This document shows, piece by piece, positions 6,598-13,542 of a stretch of 17,568 nucleotides of DNA. This DNA comes from Acidimicrobiia bacterium. Lineage in GTDB: Bacteria; Actinomycetota; Acidimicrobiia; Spongiisociales; Spongiisociaceae. The position numbers and the translations under genes were made by a program. The first letter of the stretch is position 1; each line of letters begins with the position of its first letter. The stretch is from the NCBI GenBank assembly GCA_041576165.1, contig JBFGLM010000076.1, positions 1 to 17,568 of the forward strand, read 5' to 3'. Under the pieces are notes generated by a model. The model saw only the letters and a list, made by a program, of their open reading frames with translations, was not told where the DNA came from and did not search any database.

Positions 6598-8664
6598 GTG
6601 ATCGACATCCATGAGGGACGCCCTAGCCCATTGGGGTCGGTCGTGGCGCCCGACGGCGTCAATTTCAGCGTCTTCTCCAAGAGCGCCGCAGCCGTGCAGC
6701 TGGCGCTGTATGACCACGTGGACGATCCCGAACCGAGCGAGCTGATCACGCTCGATCCTCGCCGCCACCGGGCATACCACTATTGGCACGCTTTCGTCTC
6801 AGGGTTGGGACCCGGACAGCTCTATGCATTGCGGGCCCAGGGCCCCTTCGATCCACCTCGAGGGTTACATTTCGATCCGACCAAGACCTTGCTCGATCCC
6901 TATGGTCGAGCCGTGGCGGTCCCCAGTGAATATCGCCGGGCGGCCGCGGCGCGTCCCGGGCCCAACGATCCCTTCGCCTTCAAGAGCGTCGTCGCCGACG
7001 TGACGTCCTACGACTGGGAAGGCGATCAGCCTCTCCGCCGCCCCTTCGCCCAGACGGTGATCTACGAGATGCACGTGAAAGGATTCACGGCGCATTCCAA
7101 CAGCGGGCTGGATCCGGCGCAGCGGGGTACCTATGCCGGGGTAGTCGAGAAGATCCCCTATCTGCAGAGCTTGGGGATCACCGCAGTCGAGCTTATGCCC
7201 GTCTTCCAATTCGACCCGCAGGACGCTCCTCCCGGCCTTACCAACTACTGGGGTTACGCCCCCGTCTCCTTCTTTGCGCCGCATTGCGGATACGGGTCGG
7301 TCGACGATCCACTCGGTGTCCTGGACGAGTTCCGCGACATGGTCAAGGCCCTCCACCGGGCTGGCATCGAGGTGATCCTCGACGTGGTCTACAACCACAC
7401 GGCCGAAGCGGGCGCAGACGGACCCACGATCAGCTTCCGCGGGCTCGAGAACTCCGTGTACTACATCCTGGAGAACGGCGTCGGCTACGCCAACTACTCG
7501 GGCACCGGCAACACGCTCAACGCCAACCAGCCGATCGTGCGGCGCATGATCCTCGACAGCCTTCACTACTGGGTCGAGGAGATGCACGTAGACGGCTTTC
7601 GATTCGACCTCGCCTCCATCTTGTCGCGTGACGAGACCGGGCACCCTCTCCCGAACCCTCCCATCCTCTGGGACATCGAGTCCGACCCCGTCCTCGCGGG
7701 CACCAAGCTGATCGCCGAGGCCTGGGACGCGGCCGGCCTCTATCAAGTGGGGACGTTCGTCGGCGACAGCTGGAAAGAGTGGAATGGCCGGTTTCGTGAC
7801 GACATTCGATCATTTGTGCGCGGAGATCCGGGAAAGGTCGAGGCGCTCGCCGATCGCCTCGTGGGGAGCCCCGACTTGTATTCCGCAGCACCCCGGGAAC
7901 CCGAACGCAGCATCAACTTCGTGACCAGCCACGACGGATTCACCCTCAACGATCTCGTCACGTACGACCACAAACACAACGAGGCCAACCTCGAGTCCAA
8001 TCGCGATGGCATGGATCACAACCTCAGCTGGAACTGCGGCGTTGAAGGGCCGACCGAGGATCCAGCGATCGCAGCACTGCGCGATCGTCAGATCAGGAAC
8101 TTCCTCGCTATCACGATCCTGTCCTTGGGTGCGCCGATGCTGCTCATGGGCGACGAGGTTCGCCGCACGCAGGGTGGGAACAACAACGCCTACTGCCAGG
8201 ACAACGAAGTCAGCTGGTTCGATTGGGATGCAGTCGAACCGCATGCGGACCTGATTCGGTTCGTCCGTCTCCTGATCGAGATTCGGTTTCTGCGGGAGTC
8301 CGTCCAGACGGAGCATCACCTGACGCTGGCCGAGCTCGTCGAGCGCGCCCACGTTCGGATCCACGGTGTCGCCCCCGGGAAGCCGGACCTGGCTTTCCAT
8401 TCACGAAGCCTCGCCTTGTCTGCGTCCAACCTGTCCGGCGATCCGCTGATGTATTTCGCCCTCAACGCTTACTGGGAGCCGCTGCAGTTTCAGCTTCCCG
8501 AAGTGCCCGTCTGGGCAACCTCTGGCTGGCGCCGGGTGCTGGACACGTCGCTACCCCCTCCCCAGGACATCGTGCCGCCGAGCGAAGCACTCCCGATCAC
8601 CGCTTCCACTTACGAGGTCGGGCCGAGATCGATCGTGGTGATGTTTGCCACTCGAACGGCGTAA
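6598..8664 (+). CDS. glgX: Glycogen debranching enzyme / isoamylase (GH13 with N-terminal CBM48)
   Basis: GVNFSVFS, IYEMHVKGFT, NYWGY, DVVYNHT, DGFRFDLA (nucleophile), IAEAWD (acid/base), NFVTSHDGFTL, SWNCGVEG and TQGGNNNAYCQDN. The start is either GTG 6568 or GTG 6598. Confidence 0.93.
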   Translation: MIDIHEGRPSPLGSVVAPDGVNFSVFSKSAAAVQLALYDHVDDPEPSELITLDPRRHRAYHYWHAFVSGLGPGQLYALRAQGPFDPPRGLHFDPTKTLLDPYGRAVAVPSEYRRAAAARPGPNDPFAFKSVVADVTSYDWEGDQPLRRPFAQTVIYEMHVKGFTAHSNSGLDPAQRGTYAGVVEKIPYLQSLGITAVELMPVFQFDPQDAPPGLTNYWGYAPVSFFAPHCGYGSVDDPLGVLDEFRDMVKALHRAGIEVILDVVYNHTAEAGADGPTISFRGLENSVYYILENGVGYANYSGTGNTLNANQPIVRRMILDSLHYWVEEMHVDGFRFDLASILSRDETGHPLPNPPILWDIESDPVLAGTKLIAEAWDAAGLYQVGTFVGDSWKEWNGRFRDDIRSFVRGDPGKVEALADRLVGSPDLYSAAPREPERSINFVTSHDGFTLNDLVTYDHKHNEANLESNRDGMDHNLSWNCGVEGPTEDPAIAALRDRQIRNFLAITILSLGAPMLLMGDEVRRTQGGNNNAYCQDNEVSWFDWDAVEPHADLIRFVRLLIEIRFLRESVQTEHHLTLAELVERAHVRIHGVAPGKPDLAFHSRSLALSASNLSGDPLMYFALNAYWEPLQFQLPEVPVWATSGWRRVLDTSLPPPQDIVPPSEALPITASTYEVGPRSIVVMFATRTA

Positions 8665-8873
8665 TCCTGGCGGACCGCGCTCGCGCTGATACCTGAGGAA
8701 TCAGGCACAGGATGCTCGGCAGGGCGCCAACGAGGTCTCCTGACTTTCGACTCTGGACGGGCCGATGCCCGTTGGCCAGTGTGGAAGTTGATTCCAGGTG
8801 GCTGCGGACGGCACTGCGTTGCCGCCGCACCGATGCCTCGACGCCAAACGGTGCAGGGGAGGGGAGAGATTCG

Positions 8874-9380
8874 ATGTCGAAGCGGGCTTTGTGGGCGCCA
8901 CTCGTCTTAGGCGTCATGGCGTTCTCCGCGGCGGTCGCACACGCTGCCGCCCCGATCGAAGCGGACGGCGTGTTGACCTACGACACGCCGGTCGTGTTGG
9001 AGGTCAGGCAGGCCGGTCAGACGACCTTCATCGACGCCGTCGCCGACGGCTCGATAACCGGAACGCTGAACGGTGTCATCCACGAGGAGTACACCGTCGT
9101 TCATCACGCCAAGGCTCAGTTCAACACCTATCGGGGCCTGATTGACTTCGAGGGCGTCGTGGTCGATGCCGACGGCGTGGCGCACGAGGGTTCTCTGCGG
9201 TTGCGGACGCACGGTCGGCAGGATCCCGGGCTGATCGTGCCGAGTGACACGCCCTGGTATACGTCCTGGGTGATCGTCGGCGGCAGCGGTGGCCTCGAGC
9301 ACGTTCAGGGTCACGGCACCGGGACGCTGGTCGGATTCGACCTGGTGTACACCGGCCTCGTTCACTTCGGGGGGCAGTGA
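8874..9380 (+). CDS. Secreted beta-rich hypothetical protein, possibly DUF3224/allene-oxide-cyclase-dirigent-like barrel
   Basis: ATG 8874 follows GGGGAGGGGAG. Signal peptide MSKRALWAPLVLGVMAFSAAVAHA with an AxA cleavage site. The C-terminal WVIVGGSGGLEHVQGHG resembles the 'IxGGTG...G.G' motif of that barrel family. The fold is inferred. Confidence 0.7.
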   Translation: MSKRALWAPLVLGVMAFSAAVAHAAAPIEADGVLTYDTPVVLEVRQAGQTTFIDAVADGSITGTLNGVIHEEYTVVHHAKAQFNTYRGLIDFEGVVVDADGVAHEGSLRLRTHGRQDPGLIVPSDTPWYTSWVIVGGSGGLEHVQGHGTGTLVGFDLVYTGLVHFGGQ

Positions 9381-9492
9381 CGCCGATCGATTCGGCGCAT
9401 TGGTGAGCGCAGGGGAGTTGTTTGCGGACGCGACTCCGGCGTTCGAACGGCCCGCGGGGCCGGACCGAACCCGCCCCGATCCGCGTCCGCCG

Positions 9493-9846
9493 CTAGTCGT
9501 CGCCGATGAGCGTTGCGGCCGTCGCGTTCTTGTACAGCGCGGTCGTGTAGTTGTTTGAGCTCTGGTCGAAGAAGCCGATCATCTCGCCCATCAGCTTGCC
9601 GTAGACGCCATCGGCGTCCTTGGCGGCCTCTGCCAGGGCGTCCTGGGCCCCGTAGCTGTCCAATTCGAGGAACGTGTGGACGGCGCCGGTGCCCTTCTCG
9701 GCGTATATCGCGAAGTATGTGCCGAGATATTTGACTCCTGGCGGTTGAGCATTGGCGAGCTCTTTCTCGTTTGAGTCGAGCCATGCCTGGAACTCGTGTG
9801 CCTTGCCTTCCTTGAGATCGCCCCCGTACTGCAGGATGAATGTCAC
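9493..9846 (-). CDS. Hypothetical protein, 117 aa, possible dimeric alpha+beta barrel fold
   Basis: A strong RBS AAGGAGGG precedes GTG 9846. Normal composition with a strand-helix-'PPGVKYLGTY'-strand-strand-'ELDSYGA'-helix pattern reminiscent of NIPSNAP/GYD/ABM-type folds (inference). Confidence 0.75.
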   Translation of the reverse strand: MTFILQYGGDLKEGKAHEFQAWLDSNEKELANAQPPGVKYLGTYFAIYAEKGTGAVHTFLELDSYGAQDALAEAAKDADGVYGKLMGEMIGFFDQSSNNYTTALYKNATAATLIGDD

Positions 9847-9957
9847 GGCGATCCCTCCTTTCGACGACTGGGATCTCTCATATCTCGAACCTACCGCAGG
9901 GCGGATGACGGCCGCGGCGCAGCGCGACACGCCTCTCCAAGATGTGCCGAGAAAGCC

Positions 9958-9983
9958 GGAACCCGGTGGTAACCGGCGGCGTC
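9958..9983 (+). promoter_or_regulatory. ECF-sigma-type promoter upstream of the lipoprotein
   Basis: GGAAC (9958-9962), 17 bp spacer, CGTC (9980-9983), 45 nt upstream of ATG 10029. Confidence 0.55.
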
Positions 9984-10028
9984 ATATCTGCCGGACAGAC
10001 GGTGTTCACGCCCACGAAAGGAACCAAG

Positions 10029-10520
10029 ATGTACTCGTCCAGACTCGCGTTGATTGCGGCCGTGCTCGCGGTGGCCGCAGCGGCCTGCGGCGATACGACG
10101 GCAGCTACTACCACTCCCGGGTCGGCCACGACGGCAGCCACGACTGCCCCCACCACAACGAGCGAGGCTCCCGGCACAACCACGACGACCGAGTCGCCGA
10201 CGCCTGATCCGATCAAGCGGGCGCGCATCGAAGTGGCGACGCCGCTTGGGGGAGATGAGGTTTCCAGCCCGCTGACCGTCAGCGGCATGAGCAACACCTT
10301 CGAGGCCACCGTCTATTACCGGCTGACGGCCGACGGTGCGGTCCTGAGCGAGGGGTTCACCATGGGCGGCACTGGGGATTGGGCGCCATTCGAGGCAGTG
10401 ATCGAGTTCGACAACGCCTGCTGCACCGAGCTGCTGCTCGAAGTCTTCGAGATCTCAGCGGCGGACGGCTCCGAGAAGAGCCTCGTGTCGATCCCGCTCT
10501 CGGTCGCGGCGACCGGCTGA
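10029..10520 (+). CDS. Lipoprotein with a Thr-rich linker and a Gmad2-like immunoglobulin domain
   Basis: ATG 10029 follows AAAGGA. Lipobox AAAC-G and a low-complexity T/A/P/S linker, then IEVATPLGGDEVSSPLTVSGMSNTFEATVYYRL...F, matching the Gmad2 pattern (I.V..P..G..V.SP..V.G....FEA.V). Confidence 0.8.
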   Translation: MYSSRLALIAAVLAVAAAACGDTTAATTTPGSATTAATTAPTTTSEAPGTTTTTESPTPDPIKRARIEVATPLGGDEVSSPLTVSGMSNTFEATVYYRLTADGAVLSEGFTMGGTGDWAPFEAVIEFDNACCTELLLEVFEISAADGSEKSLVSIPLSVAATG

Positions 10521-10522
10521 AC

Positions 10523-10570
10523 CCCAGTAGGTCACTGGGTCCGCGGCGGCACGTGTCCCCTCCGCCGCGG
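10523..10570. terminator. Two hairpins between convergent genes, possible bidirectional terminator
   Basis: CCCAGT/ACTGGG (10523-10539) and CCGCGGCGG/CCGCCGCGG (10541-10570). There is no U-tract. Confidence 0.4.
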
Positions 10571-10590
10571 GCCACTTCTCGCAGCTGCCT

Positions 10591-11433
10591 TCAAGCCCGC
10601 GTCAACGGGAGCCGCGGATCCGGGGGAAGGCCGTCGAGCAACGCGCGGGCCCACGCGAGATCGGGATCGTCACAGAACTTCCAGGTGCGCTCTTCTGACG
10701 GGCCGGCCATGACGTTGAGGTAGTACATGTGGTGTCCGGGCGTAGCGGCCGCCGGCCCGTGGTATCCCCGTGGAACCAGAAAGACGTCGCCATCGCGCAC
10801 AGTGACCGTCTCGTCGATGGATCCATCCGACGTGTAGCACGAGAAGAAGCCGGTGCCGGCCTCACCCGCGATACGGAAGTAGTAGATCTCCTCGAGCTCG
10901 ACCTCGTCGGCGGTGAGCTCGTCGTGCTTGTGGGGCGGATACGACGACCAGCTTCCATCGGGGGTGAGCACCTCCACCGCGATCAACCGATCCGCTTCGA
11001 ACATGTCGGCGCTCAGGAAGTTGTTGATCTGCCGAGTGCCGACTCCGCCACCGCGAACCTCGATCGGGATGGCATCGGCCGGCACCGAGTACGGGTCGAT
11101 ACGGCGCCGCGCTTTGGCGGTGCACAACGCCGTCTCGCCGGCTCCGGTGAGGCGAAACTCGCTATCGATCGGGACGTAGGCGAATCCGGCGATTCCTTCG
11201 AAGACCCCGGGCCGCTCATCGAGGTCGAAGCTGTGGTGCTCCACCTCCACTCGACACGATCCCGCCAGCGGGAGCACCGCGATCTCTCGATCGCCCGTCT
11301 CCACCAGCTGCGGCTTGCCTTCCTCCAGAGTGAACACCGTCAGGCCGCTGTAAGCCCAGCCGGCCGACTCGGCCGTGATCTCGAGCGTTGCATCGTCGCG
11401 AGCGGCTTGCGGCAGAAATAGTTGCTGTGTCAT
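10591..11433 (-). CDS. iolB: 5-deoxy-glucuronate isomerase
   Basis: KduI/IolB motifs AGW.Y, EVLTPDGSWSSYPPHKHD, LEEIYYF, VPRGYHGP and YYLNVMAGP, located in an iol cluster. Confidence 0.93.
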   Translation of the reverse strand: MTQQLFLPQAARDDATLEITAESAGWAYSGLTVFTLEEGKPQLVETGDREIAVLPLAGSCRVEVEHHSFDLDERPGVFEGIAGFAYVPIDSEFRLTGAGETALCTAKARRRIDPYSVPADAIPIEVRGGGVGTRQINNFLSADMFEADRLIAVEVLTPDGSWSSYPPHKHDELTADEVELEEIYYFRIAGEAGTGFFSCYTSDGSIDETVTVRDGDVFLVPRGYHGPAAATPGHHMYYLNVMAGPSEERTWKFCDDPDLAWARALLDGLPPDPRLPLTRA

Positions 11434-11480
11434 CGGTGGCGACTCCCGGGTGGGCGATGCGCAGATAGCCGAAGCCTTGT

Positions 11481-11494
11481 TTGGAACGTTCCAT
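11481..11494. promoter_or_regulatory. Palindromic operator at the iolB transcription start
   Basis: TTGGAACGTTCCAT, with the perfect 12-bp palindrome TGGAACGTTCCA at 11482-11493. An identical copy is at 11617-11630. Confidence 0.8.
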
Positions 11495-11496
11495 CG

Positions 11497-11526
11497 AACC
11501 TAACCGGGCTGTGCTTCTGGTGTCAA
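11497..11526 (-). promoter_or_regulatory. Sigma-70-type promoter of iolB
   Basis: Minus strand TTGACA (11526-11521), 18 bp spacer, TAGGTT (11502-11497). Confidence 0.7.
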
Positions 11527-11571
11527 AACTTCGAGCCGGCGGCTTGGTCTCATGAGTGGGAGGTACCTTTG

Positions 11572-11601
11572 TTGACAGCGTTTCCACGCCGCCAGTAGCG
11601 T
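11572..11601 (+). promoter_or_regulatory. Sigma-70-type promoter of the iolG operon
   Basis: TTGACA (11572-11577), 18 bp spacer, TAGCGT (11596-11601). Confidence 0.7.
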
Positions 11602-11616
11602 GCGTCGCGGTAACCA

Positions 11617-11630
11617 TTGGAACGTTCCAT
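11617..11630. promoter_or_regulatory. Palindromic operator downstream of the iolG promoter
   Basis: TTGGAACGTTCCAT, identical to 11481-11494. Confidence 0.8.
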
Positions 11631-11650
11631 TCGGGTTAGGTGCTGTATCC

Positions 11651-12643
11651 ATGCGGGTTGGTCTCATCGGAGCCGGTCGGATTGGGACCACCCACGCCAA
11701 GGTGCTGGCGACACTGCCGGGGGTGGCCGGCATCGTGATCTCCGACGTGATCGCAGACCGGGCGGACCAACTCGCCGCCGCCCTCCCGGGGGCGTCCACC
11801 GCAGCTGAGAGCGACCTGCTCGGTCAGGTGGACGCACTGGTCATCGCATCGAGCACCGATACTCATGCCGCCCTTCTCGAGTCGGCGGCGCGGGCCGGGT
11901 TGCCCACCTTCTGTGAGAAGCCGATAGCGCTCGACCTGGAGAGCACTCGGCAAGCCGTCGCCGCGGTCGAGGCGGCGGGCATAGTCGTTCAGATGGGTTT
12001 CCAACGCAGGTACGACCCGGCGATGCGCTCTATTCGTGAGAGCATCCACAGCGGGGAGCTCGGCACGCCCTACCTCATTCGAAGCCAGACCCACGATCCG
12101 GCACCCCCGCCCCTCGACTATGTGCGTGTCTCGGGCGGGATCTTTCGCGACTGCCTGATCCATGACATCGACGCAGTGCGATTCGTGAGCGGCCAAGAGG
12201 TCGTCTCGGTGACCGCAATCGGGGCGGTGCTCGGCTTTCCAGAGATCGGCGAACTGGGCGACGTCGACAGCGCGGCGGCGATGCTGACCTTGTCGAACGG
12301 AACCCTGGCTCAGCTCTCGGGATTGCGGCACGACCCCGTCGGTTACGACGTTCGGCTCGAGGTGTTCGCCGCCGGCGGATCTGTGGCCGCCGGATGGAAC
12401 GATCGCACCCCCATCCACTCCGCGGAGCCGGGAGTCGCCCCGCCGACGGATCCGATCACCACGACATGGGATCGGTTCGACGTAGCGTTCCGCGACGAGA
12501 TGGCGGCGTTCGTGCGGGCAGTGCGCGGCGAGGAAACACCGGCGTCCAATCATCGTGACGCCTACGAGGACCTGCGGGTGGCGGTGGCCTGCGACATGTC
12601 GCGAGCGCAGGCCCGCACCGTCGAGATGAGAGAGATCGAATGA
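11651..12643 (+). CDS. iolG: Myo-inositol 2-dehydrogenase (Gfo/Idh/MocA family)
   Basis: MRVGLIGAGRIG Rossmann motif, FCEKPIA, GFQRRYD, DP.PPP.DY...SGGIFRDCLIHDID and GYDVRLEVF. First gene of the iol operon. Start taken at ATG 11651, downstream of the promoter. Confidence 0.85.
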   Translation: MRVGLIGAGRIGTTHAKVLATLPGVAGIVISDVIADRADQLAAALPGASTAAESDLLGQVDALVIASSTDTHAALLESAARAGLPTFCEKPIALDLESTRQAVAAVEAAGIVVQMGFQRRYDPAMRSIRESIHSGELGTPYLIRSQTHDPAPPPLDYVRVSGGIFRDCLIHDIDAVRFVSGQEVVSVTAIGAVLGFPEIGELGDVDSAAAMLTLSNGTLAQLSGLRHDPVGYDVRLEVFAAGGSVAAGWNDRTPIHSAEPGVAPPTDPITTTWDRFDVAFRDEMAAFVRAVRGEETPASNHRDAYEDLRVAVACDMSRAQARTVEMREIE

Positions 12644-13542
12644 CCGACCTGATGAATCGAATTGCGGGGGCACCCATCACGTGGGGCGTCGATGGCTCAC
12701 CGGGGTGGGGTCACCTGATGGGTCGGGATCGGGTGATGGCCGAGATGAGGGACACCGGACTGGTGGCCACCGAGCTGGGCCCGGACGGGTACCTACCTAC
12801 AGATCCCGGGGAGCTGGACGCGTACCTGGAGAGCTACGGGCTGCACGTCGTGGCCGGGTTCGTCCCGGCCCTGCTCTACCGTCCGGAACGGATCGAACAG
12901 GAGCTCGACTACGTGCAGCGGGCGGCGCACCAGCTGGCCGGGGTCGGCTCTACCGTGCTGGTTCTAGGAGCTACATCCCACCTCGACGGGTACGACACCT
13001 CGGTGAACATGAGCGATGCCGAGTGGGAGGTCTTTCTCGTCAACCTCGCCCGGTTGGAGGAGGTTGTGACCGGCGCAGGTCTGCTCACGGCGTTGCATCC
13101 GCACTGGGGCATGGCAATCGAAACCGACGCCCACGTCGAGCGACTGCTGGAGACGTGCGATGTCGGGCTGTGTCTCGACACCGGTCATCTGTACCTGGGA
13201 GGGGCGGATCCGGTGGCGATCGCACAGCTCGCCGCCAGCCGCATTCACCACGTGCACCTGAAAGACGTCGACGCAGGATTCGCCGCCCGGGTTCGCTCGG
13301 GCACGCTGGGATTCCGTCAGGCGGTGATCGACGGCATGTTCACTCGCCTCGGGGAAGGCGACGTGGAGATCGCCGGCGTCGTCCGAACGCTCGAGCAGGC
13401 GGGCTACCGAGGGTGGTACGTCATCGAGCAGGACAAGTCGTTGGCCGCCGAGCCGCCCTTTGGCGAAGGGCCCTACGCGGACGCGGCCGCCAGCGTCGAG
13501 TATCTGCGAAAGCTGGCATCCGTGGGCGATGGCGATGACTGA
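12640..13542 (+). CDS. iolE: Inosose dehydratase (xylose-isomerase-like TIM barrel)
   Basis: IAGAPITWGV, ELGPDGYLP, LHPHWG, LCLDTGH, HVHLKD and GYRGWYVIEQD. ATGA overlap with iolG and iol context. Confidence 0.8.
   Translation: MTDLMNRIAGAPITWGVDGSPGWGHLMGRDRVMAEMRDTGLVATELGPDGYLPTDPGELDAYLESYGLHVVAGFVPALLYRPERIEQELDYVQRAAHQLAGVGSTVLVLGATSHLDGYDTSVNMSDAEWEVFLVNLARLEEVVTGAGLLTALHPHWGMAIETDAHVERLLETCDVGLCLDTGHLYLGGADPVAIAQLAASRIHHVHLKDVDAGFAARVRSGTLGFRQAVIDGMFTRLGEGDVEIAGVVRTLEQAGYRGWYVIEQDKSLAAEPPFGEGPYADAAASVEYLRKLASVGDGDD

Noticed and set aside
6865-8400. Long antisense ORFs over glgX (likewise over padR, iolB, iolG, iolE and iolD)
   Set aside because: These are expected from GC-rich codon bias, which depletes stops in the antisense frame. 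They carry no recognisable motifs.
8733-8746. Minus-strand AAGTCAGGAGACCT resembling the cobalamin riboswitch B12 box
   Set aside because: The other conserved riboswitch elements are not evident, and it points into the 3' end of the opposite-strand glgX with no gene to regulate.
9424-9492. GTTCGAA inside a closed stem, resembling a tRNA T-loop
   Set aside because: There is no proper T-stem, D-arm, anticodon arm or CCA end.
10094-10205. ACG/ACC-rich repetitive DNA
   Set aside because: It is explained by the Thr-rich lipoprotein linker. The codons vary, so it is not a DNA-level repeat.
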